Shown piece by piece: positions 38,856 to 50,271 of a stretch of 64,000 bases of DNA; position 1 is the stretch's first letter; each line of letters starts with the position of its first letter. Source of the stretch: Reclinomonas americana ATCC 50394 (Eukaryota); NCBI GenBank assembly GCA_048213135.1, contig PS015296.1:1-64000 (forward strand). The letters are read 5' to 3'. Under the pieces are notes generated by a model. The model saw only the letters and a program-made list of their open reading frames with translations. It was not told the origin of the DNA and ran no database searches. Both the position numbers and the translations under genes were made by a program.

Positions 38856-41800
38856 ATGCGACTTCGATGTGTGCTCCTCATCGCCCTCACCATCGCTCTT
38901 GTCATTAGCATTGCTGCGGTGGTGAGTGTTGACGGCGAGTCGACATCGACATCAGTGGACACGACAACAACAACAACAACAACAGCGACGAATGCCAAGA
39001 ACAGTGATGACGACACCAGCAACAGTGGTGCAAGTGAGAGTGCAGATGGGGACAACAGCAAGGCGGAGCGAGCCACGGCGGAGGCGGGAGCGGCGACGGG
39101 TGATGCTGCGGTAGTGGTGAGCAGAGAGAAGAGAGAGACAACTGTGTACACGTGGAATTCAATGTGCATGTGCGTGTGTGCGTGCAGCCGGAGAGTGAGC
39201 TCGACTCGTCCATTCCGTCGGCGGCGCCGGTGCCGGTGGTGGATGAGCAGGCGACTACCTCTGCGCGGGAGAATGAGGAGAAGAAGGTGCTTCCTGCTGT
39301 GTTGTCTCTTCAGATTTGATGCGGTTTTCACGGCATTCACTCTTGAGTGTGTGGTGTGCAGGCAAACATCACAGCGCTGCTGGAGAAGATCAAGCAGCCG
39401 GCGGTTGATGCGGCGTCGGTGGAGGCGGTGATCACGGCGTTGCAGCAGCTGTATGAAGCTGGTCCGTGTGTTGTTTTCCACCCTTGTGCTGTGTTGCGTG
39501 TTGCTGATGTCTCGTGTGTGTGTGTGTAGTGGCGTCGCTGCATGATCAGAAGCTGGCGGTGGAGGTGAACGCGATGCCGGTGGTGCTGCAAGTGTTTCGC
39601 GATGCCATCAAGCAGCATCTCGATGTCAAGGCGATTCCGGAGGCCGATGTGACGCCCGAGTCGCGTCCGCTGCACGAGCGTCGCGAGAGGCTGCTGGCGT
39701 TGGCGGCTGCGCTTGTCACTCGCGTCTGTTGCGTTGCATGTCGGCGAGTCAGTGCGAGGTAGGTGAGGCTCACTGAGACCGGCGTCACACAGCTGCGCAC
39801 AGCGACGGTGGCAAACGCTTGCGTGAGGCCGGCGGCTTCCACCCGGTGGTCGACTGCATCAAGCATGTACGTGTGGAGGCAGCGTTGACGGAGTGCTTGG
39901 CTGTCATGTGGAACACCGCCGGTCACGACAGCAACGCACGGCGCGCCATCCGTGACGTGGACGGCATTGTTGCCACGTTGCGCATGGTTGACACGGCGTA
40001 CTCGGCGCGTGTGCAGGAGCTGGCCCTGGGCGCTCTTTCGCAGATTGGTGGGTGCTGTTGTGTCACACCCGTCTTGTGAGTCCGGCCACTGACTCGGGAG
40101 CACACAGGCAACTCGGACCCGGAGAATCGTCGCATTTTGCGCGAGAATGCTGGCCTGGTGTCGATCTCCAAGGCCCTCAGTGGAACAAGTGCCGCCATTG
40201 TGCAACAGGCGGCCTCGGTCGTGGCCAACCTCGGCGGCGACGAGGGCAGTGCCAGTGTGTTCCGCGGCCTCGGAGTCATCAAGCGTCTCATCAACCTGCT
40301 GCAGTACGACTCGATGCCGTTGCTGCAGTCGCACGCCTTGTCGGCACTGCGGTCGCTGGGTGCGTGGATGGGGCGCGCGCTCTTTGTGTATGTGGGTATT
40401 GACTCTGCGTGTGTGCACGTACATATGCAGGTGCGGCTGACGCAGACAACTCCGAAGTCATTCGCAAGAACGGCGGCATTGCCAGCATGGTCAAGCTCAT
40501 GCAAAAGAATTCGTCGCCGGCTCTGCAAGAGATTGCCGTGGGCGTGTTGGCCAACATGGGTGCGTGTGCGTGTGTCTGTACGAATCGCCAGAATGAGCTC
40601 TCACTTTGCGTTCCGCAGCCTACCACGACAAGGCCAGTCGGTCGCTCATTTTTGAGCACGAAGGCGCCCTCAAGTCCATCATTGCACTGATGCACTTGCC
40701 GCACACTCGCGACGTTGCGGCGCTGGTGTTGTTGAATCTTAGTTGCGCTCCTGCCTTCTTTTGCGTGGCCGCTGCTTTCCCCCCCTCGCGTCTTACGGTG
40801 AAACGTGCAGCGCTGGACGGCAAGGGTGCTCCGCTGCGTGCGGCTGCCGGGTTGCCTGCCGTGTTGAGTGTGCACCACTCTTCCGACAGCCATCTGGTGC
40901 GCATTCGTGCCGCGCAAGTCATTCGCAACTCGATCGATGCGGAGTCCGGGTGCACCAAGCTGCTGACGAACACCGACGTCAAGGCTGCCGCACTGTGCGC
41001 ACACATTGATTTGAGTTGCGTCTCCAGCTCTGTTGTTGATGCCTGTCGAGTGCGTGACGCTGTTCGTGCACTGCAGTTCTCAAGATGCCGACTGTGCCCG
41101 ACTACGCGGAAGCACTCACACACCCCGACGTTCTGCGTTCTCTGCTGGATATGCTGGCCGACGACAAGTCGGTGCAGCTCACCGAGTATGCTGCGCGTGC
41201 GCTGTGGCTCGGAGGTGAGAGTGCACTGTGATGATACGAGCACTGTTGATTCTCGAGGGCCGTTCACCGAAACGAGATGTGAATTGCACACAGCTGCCCT
41301 GTCGCCCACCACCGTGAATCTGGACGCGGCCACTGTCGATCGTGTGGTCGACGGCCTCAAGGTGATTGTGTACAGCGATGAGTCGCCGCAGCGCACGTTG
41401 CGCGACTCGGCCATGGCTCTGTACGCACTGTTTGAGCGCATGCCCACACGAGTTCAAACGAGTGCGTTGGAGCGGTTGCTGGTTGTGTGGGAGGAGCGCA
41501 CGCCGTCGTTCTGGGCCGCCACTGCACCGACGTGGTTGAGTGGAGTTGCTGCGTGGGTGACCAAGTCGTGGGCCACCGACAGGCAGTGGTTGTTTGAGGG
41601 TGAGGGGGGCGGAGGGGAAGGGGAAGGGAGAAGTGGGAGGGGGGAGGGAGAGGGGGAAGGAGGAGGGAGAAGGGGGAGAGGGGAAGGGAGAGGGGGAAGA
41701 GAGAAGTCAGGTGGTAGGGAGGGAGATGAAAGGGCGAGACGGAGGAGACGAGAGTTGAATACAGAAGGAGAGAGAACGAGCGGAAGAGGGAGGTGATGGA

Positions 41801-42634
41801 GCAGACAAGGAGAGAGCGGGTGGAATAAGGAAGAGGCGAGAGTTGAAAACAAAAGGAGATAGAGCTAGAGAGAGAAAGAGAGAAAGAGAAGACGAGGGGA
41901 TTCAGCCAGGGTAAAAGAGACTGAGAGAGCGGGCGGAGAGAGAACAGACAAGAGGAATACGAGGGGAAAGAGAGAGGAAGACGACGCGCAATCGACCTCA
42001 TGTGTTTCCTTGCATATCTGCAGATGTCGCAGTCGCCGACTTCCCCCGCCTGCTCTGCCTCCCGGAAACGGCAGCTGTTCTCGGCGAGGTGACGTCGGCT
42101 GCATGAGTCGCTTCGTTCTTCGTGTCTACTGACTCACGCGATCCCCGGCAGATATCCGAGTCACTGTCGATTGCACACGATCGACTGCAGTTTGCCGTCA
42201 TGGATCGCACATTCAGCTTGCAGTCGCCGACGGAGCACTTGATCCGACTGGCGGGCGCAGAGAATCACTGGAACGATGCCATGTCGGAGCGATTGCTGGA
42301 GGCATTCCGCAAGCACTATGCGACCACTGTGCAGACCGCCATCGATCACTTGACGGACATTGGGCTGCCGGCGCCAGCTGTCAAGGCCATTCGTGCCTAC
42401 TTGCGCTCACGCTTCATCCTCGACGGCGACAATGAGGTCATGACACCGGCACAGGCGGCGGTGGCGCAGGCCAAGGCCGCGGAAGAGGCTCTGACGAAAG
42501 CACGGCGCGAAGCCGCACGTGCCGCCGAAGAGGAGGAACGAGAGAAGACGAAGAAGGAGAAGGAGGAGAGCGAGAAGGGCGAAGAGGAGGAAGTGGTGGA
42601 GAGGAAGACCGAGTCGGCTACAGGGAAACAATGA
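38856..42634 (+). CDS. Armadillo-repeat protein with an N-terminal signal peptide/anchor, multi-exon
   Basis: MRLRCVLLIALTIALVISIAAVVS; ARM repeats (VQELALGALSQI, ENRRILRENAGL, LQSHALSALRSL, NSEVIRKNGGI, LQEIAVGVLANM); charged C-terminus. Confidence 0.75.
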
Positions 42635-42702
42635 AAATGAGCAGCGATTTGTAGACCAGCTATGCGTCTACTTGCAGCAGGTCAGACAACAACTTGCTCG
42701 GG

Positions 42703-43066
42703 GGCCACAAATAAGCCTCCCTGACGAGACGTCCGACGAACAACACAGGGTATACGCCCTTTAATAGATCTAGAGGCAAGAAGAAGAAGAAGAGGGCAAA
42801 GCAGCGAGAAAAAACAAAGAGAATAATAGGTTTCTGATAGTCAAGCGACAACTGTAGGGGGGAGCTGACGGGTGTGGCGTGCGCTGCGGTGGCAGCAAAG
42901 CAAGAATATTGTTGCTTTGCTGCTTTGCTGCACCGACGCACACACACCACGCAGAGCAGCCTGGGGAGCCCCGTAAGTGTCTTGTGACATTGATGGTGTC
43001 CGAGTACGTATACCTCCAGCGTGGGGGAGGGGGAGGGCGGGGGGAGAGAGGAAGGGACATGCATCC
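42703..43066. repeat. Direct repeat copy 1 (~360 bp) of the region downstream of the 44125-45476 gene
   Basis: Collinear with 43750-44093 from ggccacaaataagcctccctgacg to gagagaggaagggacatgcatcc, with small indels. Confidence 0.9.
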
Positions 43067-43089
43067 AAGGCGACAAACCTCCCATCGAT

Positions 43090-43714
43090 ACCACAAGCAC
43101 TCGGTTAACTGGTGGCGTCTTCATGATCAGTGCGACTGTGAGCGCCACTTCGCTGAGTGTTCGTTATAACGTTGCGAGATGGACGGAAAAGATCACCGTG
43201 GCCAGTGACGCACCAGCTCCCCAAGAGAATCCCTCATACACATCCGGCTACTGCAAGAGGGAAACTTCATCGGGCCTCACTTCACGTGCCGAGGAGAGAC
43301 TTTCAATCATGCTATCTCTCCGAGATTACCCATGCCAACGACCCCTCGTCGCGCATCTTGTCAACCGCAGTGTTCGCTCTCTCCAGTGCGTCAAGGCATT
43401 CGCTGTCGTAGGATTCTTTGTGAAGGCCAATGGTGCCCACGGTTGCTGAGAAAGAGATATCGAAGTCAGTGACCAGCACACAAGACACACGACCAACAAC
43501 ACTACACAGATCTAGACGCACTGGTGACCTGGTTCACGTGGAGACCGTACTGCGATGTTTCCCTGTACGTCTCCAGCGACCGTGCCAACGCGTCAACAAG
43601 ACGTCTGAATGACGCTGGGCGTCTTCTGATGACAGCAATGCCATCGGCAACAGCATCCCATGTAAGTACGTCACAGTCACTCAGTGCATTAACGATGGTG
43701 TCAATGGACGTCAT
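43090..43714 (-). pseudogene. Spliced gene or gene fragment lying between the two direct repeats
   Basis: MTSIDTIVNALSDCDVLTWDAVADG..VNQVT|TTVGTIGLHKESYDSECLDALERANTAVDKMRDEGSLAW joined at GTGCGT..CAG; further possible exons run into repeat copy 1. Confidence 0.4.
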
Positions 43715-43749
43715 CTTCCGCTCTCGTTGTGTAACAGTGGTCGAGGGGT

Positions 43750-44093
43750 GGCCACAAATAAGCCTCCCTGACGCGACGTTCGACGAACAACACAGTGTAC
43801 ATGGCCATTTAATCGAGGCAAGAAGAAGAGGAAGAAGAAGAAGAAGAAGGCAAAGCAGCGAGAAAAATAAAAGAGTATCATAGGTTTCTGATAGTCAAGC
43901 GACAACTGTAGGGGGGAGCTGATGGGAGTGGCGTGCGCTGCGGCGGCAGCAAAGCAAGAATATTGTTGCTTTGCTGCACCGACGCACACACACCACACAG
44001 AGCAGCCTCCCCGTAAGTGTCTTGTAACATTGGTGGTGTCCGAGTTCCTCCAGCGTGGGGAAGGGGGAGGGAGAGAGGAAGGGACATGCATCC
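43750..44093. repeat. Direct repeat copy 2 (probable 3' UTR of the 44125-45476 gene)
   Basis: Begins ~30 bp past the stop at 44125 on the minus strand; partial homolog at ~52341-52436 behind the paralog 52461-53681. Confidence 0.85.
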
Positions 44094-44124
44094 GTCCGGA
44101 TGCCCACCGTATTGGTTAGCAGCA

Positions 44125-45476
44125 TCACTGCTGAGGCGGTGCCAGCAAGCGGCGGCGCACACGGCGACGACGCTCGCCAACTCCAGGCTCCTGATCGTCC
44201 AGCAGGCAGGCCACATACTCGCGGGTGCGCTGCGACAGGCCCAACAGCTCATCGGGGATCCGGATCGACTCGCGATCAACGGCAGCCGGCGACGCCGCCG
44301 CCGCAGTCGCCACAGCCGAAGCGCCAGCACCGCCAGACGGAGAGGAGGGGTAATCGTCGTCGTCGTCCTCCTCCATGTCGACACGTCCGCGGCGACGCAC
44401 CGGGCGCTTCTTCGCACGCAGCATGAACGGCTCCGACACGACAACCAGCGTGAATCCGTCGGCGCCCGTGACCTGGAGATGATGGGCACAGTGAGCGAGT
44501 GAGGGAGAGAAAGTAGAGGATGCGTGCATCACTCACCACGAGCTGCAAGGTGAACGGCTGGCGTCGATGTTTGGTCGATTGAGTGACGAATTGCACCGTT
44601 GTGCGACCATCAAAGCCGGCCTGCGTCTGCCGCAGCTCAAAGCTCACGCCGTTGGGGTCAAGGGCACTCGCCACACTGCACACAAGGCACATGAGCACTA
44701 TGCAAAAGCTGTTGCTTAGCACAGTGACAACGAAACTGGCGACCGTGGCACAACAGCATCACGTCGACTTGCAGACTGCCCACCGCCATCATGGGCGCCA
44801 GCTCTCGCGGAGAGACGAGCACACGCAGGTCGTACTTGTACGGCGCCTGTCACACACACACTCGCGATGAGACGGCGACTGCTGCAGTGAAAAAAAGGGC
44901 ACAATAAGCAGCAGCACATACCGAGAACAAGTTGTCGTCCACCAGCGGCAGTCGCGGGCTATAGTGCACCTCGGTCTTCTTCGCCGGCTTGCACATCACG
45001 CGCACCGCAAAGTCATGATTGGGCGGCATCAACTGGAAGTCGCTGACTGCCGCCGCCGGTGCCGGTGCCGCGGCGGTGCTAGCAGGTGCAGGTGGTAGCG
45101 CTGGCAATGCCGGCGGCAAGAACGGCACGCCCCCATAGGGCATGAACGGCGGCGCCATGAGCGGTCCAGCAGCAGCACCAGGAGCAGCAGGGAAGTGCTG
45201 TGGCAGAGGCGGGAACACGGGAGGAGACGGAGGGGGAGGCGGTAGAGGAGCGGGCATGTCCATGGCCATAACGGCGTCGCCGTCGCTGCTGTCGTCTTTG
45301 TCGCTGTGGTCCATCAGGGGCGCCAGTTGCGCGGCAGAGGGCTCCACACGTGTGTGTGGCGGTGGCGGTGGTGGAGAGACGGGGGCGGAGGGAGGCAGCG
45401 ACGTGTCGTCATCATCGAGCTCGAGAAATTCGGCGACGGTGAAGCCGTCGTAGCCGACGCGAGACGGGCGAGACAT
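44125..45476 (-). CDS. Putative Ig-fold (CudA/STAT-like) transcription factor, paralog 1, 4 exons
   Basis: Acidic/Pro-rich N-terminus; domain PYKYDLRV..VDVMLLCHG..FDGRTTVQFVTQSTKHRRQPFTLQL..SEPFMLRAKK; basic NLS; family assignment is inference. Confidence 0.6.
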
Positions 45477-45791
45477 GGGAGAGGAGGGGAGAGGAGAGGC
45501 GGTTTGGTGGCAGTGGCAGTGGCGATGACACTAATGAGCGGCGCGTTGCCTCTGCTCCGTCAACGTGCGTGATTGAATATTGTTATTGTCTGTCGGGTGG
45601 GTGGGTTTCAATCGCTGCGATGTCGTGTTGCCGGATTTCCAATCTCTGTCAGAAGCAACGCGACCGTATGTCGAGCGTGCGTCTACGGCCCGTTGATCCA
45701 GCAATCGGGAGTATTCCTCATTTCAAGGTACGTGGGAGAGCAGAGAAAAAGCAGATTAGAAGCCATGATCGTGCTCATCGTACCACGCAGA

Positions 45792-46277
45792 ATGGATCCA
45801 CAGCACTCTTTCGCACTCGCGGAGTACGCACGTGCTCGCCTGTTCCACTGCGGCAAGTCCTCCTCGCCTGTTGAGCCCGGGATGTGCGACTTGCTTGACT
45901 TCGATATCAAGGACGATCGCACGCCATCGCCGCCATCGCCGCCAGTGGTAGGCCTGGCGCCACCGACAAGCCCAATCGCCATGGAGTGCTTTGAGGCATA
46001 CCTGGGCCAACCACCGGCGAGACCGGCGAAGGTGTCTGCCCCGCTGGCTACCCGATATGCATCCGCGCCACCACTGCCACCAGTGTTCCGCTTCCCGAGC
46101 GCCTTCAGCATGCCAATCTCCGCAGCGGCCTCGGCTCTCGATACCGGTTCGTCCTCTGCACCAGCATTCGTGGCAATATCACCGGCCGGCAAGCGACAAC
46201 GTACTGGTGAGGATGTGGAGCGCGAGGTGGATGACTCGCCAGCGAGAAAGCGCTCCTGCAATGACGATCGTCGCTAA
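45792..46277 (+). CDS. Small Pro/Ser-rich hypothetical protein with a bipartite NLS-like end
   Basis: MDPQHSFALAEY..SPAGKRQRT..SPARKRSCNDDRR*; preceded by a GTACGT..CAG intron. Confidence 0.45.
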   Translation: MDPQHSFALAEYARARLFHCGKSSSPVEPGMCDLLDFDIKDDRTPSPPSPPVVGLAPPTSPIAMECFEAYLGQPPARPAKVSAPLATRYASAPPLPPVFRFPSAFSMPISAAASALDTGSSSAPAFVAISPAGKRQRTGEDVEREVDDSPARKRSCNDDRR

Positions 46278-46351
46278 AGTTAATAAAGTGTGCGACGATA
46301 TTGAAAAAACAAACGAAAGGGAGGAACTCCGCGCTTGCACCAGAATGCCAG

Positions 46352-46411
<60 letters not shown>

Positions 46412-46991
46412 GAGAGAGAGGAGGAGAGAGAGAGAGAGAAGAACGAAGAAGAGTAGAGTAGGAGGTAGAGAGAGAGAGAGGAGACGACGACGAGACGAGG
46501 ACGGACGAGAGGAGGAGAAGAAGAGAGAGAGGAGGAGGAGGAGGAGGACGACGAGANNNNNNNNNNNNNNNNNNNNNNNNNNNNNNNNNNNNNNNNNNNN
46601 NNNNNNNNNNNNNNNNNNNNNNNNNNNNNNNNNNNNNNNNNNNNNNNNNNNNNNNNNNNNNNNNNNNNNNNNNNNNNNNNNNNNNNNNNNNNNNNNNNNN
46701 NNNNNNNNNNNNNNNNNNNNNNNNNNNNNNNNNNNNNNNNNNNNNNNNNNNNNNNNNNNNNNNNNNNNNNNNNNNNNNNNNNNNNNNNNNNNNNNNNNNN
46801 NNNNNNNNNNNNNNNNNNNNNNNNNNNNNNNNNNNNNNNNNNNNNNNAGAGAGAGAGAGAGGAGAGAGGGAGGCGAGCGTGAGAGAGTGAGAAGGAGACA
46901 GACAACAGAGTGCGTCAACTCATGTCTACGTCTACTCCTCCTTCCCTCCCTCCTCCTCCTCTCTCCTCTCTCCTCCTCCTCCTCTCCCTCC

Positions 46992-47038
<47 letters not shown>

Positions 47039-47213
47039 TCTCTGACATTGGCACAGTTTGCATCGAGTTCATATCCACTCAAAGATGCGCTCTCCCTCCA
47101 AGCTCTCTGTCTCTCACACACACATGCACACCACATGAGCGCATGATGGAGGACTGGCAAGAAGAGAAGCTCGGAGGAGAAGCAGGACAGCCGAACACGA
47201 TCGAACACACTCA

Positions 47214-48347
47214 ATGAGACGAAAGGTACCCTCGCGTATCCTCTCCACCATCACCCCTTTACCTACGCACCTCACCACGACACGACACACACAGCTATTC
47301 ATCAGAGGACACACTGGCAAAGTGACAGCGATTGCCATCACACACGATGGCCTCCATGTGGTGAGTGGGAGCGACGACAAGACCATTCGCGTGTGGTCAC
47401 TGGCGAGTGGCAGGGAGGTGCAGCGACTTGAGGGACACACGAAACAGGTCGTGTGCATTGCGCTCTCTCCAGACGGTCGGCACATTGTGAGCGGCAGTGA
47501 GGACTTGACGGTGAGAGAGTGGTCGCGGGCGAGGGGCAAGGAAACGCGACAGTTCAAAGGGCACACGCAAGCAGTGTTGAGTGTTGCCGTCACTCCCGAC
47601 TGTCAGCACTTTGTGAGTGGGGCCATGGACGGAGCAGCGCTGGTGTGGTCGCTGGTGAGCGGGGCGGTGGTGCGACGACTGAGTGGACACGCGGGGGGTG
47701 TGTACGCTGTCGCTGTCACTCATGACGGGCAGCACCTTGTGTGCGGCAGCTGGGATAGCAGTGTGCGCATGTATTCGCTGGTGAGTGGCGAAGAAGTGCG
47801 ACGGTTTGAGGGACACACTGAATGGGTGCGTACTGTCGCCATCACTCCCGACGATCAGCACGTGGTGAGCGGCGGTCACGATGCCACAGTGCGTGTGTGG
47901 TCCGTGGCGAGTGGAGAGGAAGTGAGACAGTTGGAGGCACGCACCATGGTCAACAGGGTCGTTGCGGTCGCCGTCGCACCCAACGGCCAGTACATGGTGA
48001 GTACGGGTGGCGACGACAAGCAAGTGTTCGTGTGGCGTGCGGCGAGTGGAGAACTGGCACACCGGCTGTACGGCCAGTCCGACTTTGTGAACTGTGTCGC
48101 CATCTCCCCCGACAGCCACCACATTGTGACAGGAAGCTGGGACAAGAGTGTGTGCGTGTGGACGACGCCGCGTGGCCTTGTTCGACAGGAGCTCGACAGC
48201 GCACGGTCGGCCATGCAGACCGTCCAGGAGATGCAAGAAAAGGGCCACAGGCATCGCCGCTGCCTGGTGGAGATTGTGCTGCGCTGTTTCTTGGTGGATG
48301 CCGAAGTGTTGATGTTTCAGTGCCTCGGTGATCCCAGGCTGCTCTGA
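47214..48347 (+). CDS. WD40-repeat protein with family-specific C-terminal motif, paralog 1
   Basis: MRRK|LFIRGH; 7 WD repeats (GH..V..VA.TPDGQHVVSG..D..VRVWSLASG.EVR); tail PRGLVRQELDSARSAMQTVQEMQ..CLVEIVLRCFLVDAE. Confidence 0.9.
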   Translation: MRRKVPSRILSTITPLPTHLTTTRHTQLFIRGHTGKVTAIAITHDGLHVVSGSDDKTIRVWSLASGREVQRLEGHTKQVVCIALSPDGRHIVSGSEDLTVREWSRARGKETRQFKGHTQAVLSVAVTPDCQHFVSGAMDGAALVWSLVSGAVVRRLSGHAGGVYAVAVTHDGQHLVCGSWDSSVRMYSLVSGEEVRRFEGHTEWVRTVAITPDDQHVVSGGHDATVRVWSVASGEEVRQLEARTMVNRVVAVAVAPNGQYMVSTGGDDKQVFVWRAASGELAHRLYGQSDFVNCVAISPDSHHIVTGSWDKSVCVWTTPRGLVRQELDSARSAMQTVQEMQEKGHRHRRCLVEIVLRCFLVDAEVLMFQCLGDPRLL

Positions 48348-48565
48348 TGACTTGAAGGCTCTCCTGTTATGAAATGTAATGTCTGACTTCGTGGGGATTG
48401 TGGATCCAATTGCATGCATGCTTGTCCACCATTGAATTCGACGCTCCGGCATACATGTACATGCTAGATGGCATTGTGTGCCATCTCGGGATCCGGAGAA
48501 ATGAGCGAGATCCAGCACGACGTCGAGTTTGAAATGAAGGACAACTCTCTCTCACACGCACGAGA

Positions 48566-49719
48566 ATGGCTTCCAAGGTGCACACGATTGGTACATGTTG
48601 CTGCTGTTCCCATCTATGTGTCTCACTGTGACACTGCAGGTTCTGAAGGGACACACTCAGCTGGTGCATTCTGTCGCCGTCTCTCCCGATGGTCAGTTTG
48701 TGGTGAGTGGGAGTTTCGACAAGTCAGTGCGGGTGTGGTCACTGGCGAGTGGGGCACAAGTGCTGCTGCTGGAGGGACACACTGACAGGGTGACATGTGT
48801 CGCTGTCACCTCCGACAGTCAGTTTGTTGTGAGTGGAGGCTGGGATCAGTCAGTGCGAGTGTGGTCGCTGGCGAGTGGCGAGGAGGTGCGACGGCTGCAG
48901 CTGGAGGGACGCGGTTCAAAGGTGTGGTCTGTCGCTGTCACCCCCGATGGTGAGCACATTGTCAGTGGATGCGAGGACAGTGCGGTGCAAGTGTGGTCCG
49001 TGGCGAGCGGAGATGAGGTGCGACGACTGCAGGGACATTGTGCATTGGTGTCTGCGGTGGCTGTCAGCTGCGATGGTCTATGCATTGCGAGTGGGAGCTA
49101 CGACATGACAGTGCGTATGTGGTCACTCGCGAGTTGCGAAGAAGTGCGTCTGTTTCGCGGGCACACGGCGTGGGTGTACTCTGTCGCCTTCACTCCCGAT
49201 GGCCAGCACGTTGCGAGTGGGAGTCAAGACTCGACAGTGCGACTGTGGTCTGTTGCGACAGGAGAGCAGGTGCGACAGTTCGCGGGACAGGCTGACTGCG
49301 TGTTCTCCGTTGCCGTCACTCGCGACGGCCAGCACATTGTCAGTGGCAACTGGGACTGCTCGGTGCGAGTGTGGTCACTGGTGAGTGGTGCACAGGTGCG
49401 GCGGCTGGATTCGGAGGGACATGGACGCATGGGATGGGTGCATTCAGTCGCCGTGACTGCCGACAGCGAGCACATTGTGAGCGGATGCAGAGACAAGGCC
49501 GTGCGCGTGTGGTCTTCACCACGTGGCCTTGCTCGTCTGGAACTCACTGCTGCGCGGTCGGCCATGCAGGCTTTGCGAGAGATGCAAGAGAAGGGCGATG
49601 AGGAGGAAGTACCGGATTCGCGGTGGCTGCCGGAGATGGTGCTGCGGTGTTTTCTTGTCGAGGATGCCGAAGCGGTGCTGTTTCGGTGCCTCGTCGATCC
49701 GGCAGGCCTATTTTGGTGA
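48566..49719 (+). CDS. WD40-repeat protein with family-specific C-terminal motif, paralog 2
   Basis: MASK|VLKGH; 7 WD repeats; tail PRGLARLELTAARSAMQALREMQ..WLPEMVLRCFLVEDAEAVLFRCLVDPAGLFW. Confidence 0.9.
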
Positions 49720-50271
49720 GAGGAAGAGAATGGGCACTCTTTCCGTCGTCTGTCGTCTGTTGTCTGTTGTCAGTGAAGACTTTTTCCTTCTTTTTTCTTG
49801 ATGCGTCGAAATGGCGTCAAATTTCCGCCTGACAACAGCTTATGCGTCTACTTGCAAGCGGACGACAGTGTTTTCGGGCACCGATTTAGAGCCCGCGCGC
49901 TATTCTTATCCGGGTCCGGGGGAGGCTCTCGACTGCGAGAACATGCTAGGGGTCTATTCTTGTGTATCGACGAATTTTGACTGTTTCCAAACACTTGTAT
50001 TTTGCCTCACGACTCCACCATGACGGAGAAAAAAACAGATTATCGGCAGGCAGGCACGCAAGGACAGGGAAGAAAACAGAAGCAACAATAGAATGCACAA
50101 CGCACATTTTTCTTGATCACCGTGGGAAAATCGCCATTTTGCACGTGTGGCCATGGGGCACCAGGGGTAGTTATTTTTAAGCGTCGCACAGCCACACCGC
50201 GCATCACGGAGACTCGCCGCTGGTGTCGTGATAATTTTCCAACAGCCGAATCCGCAACCGGATCGATCCTC

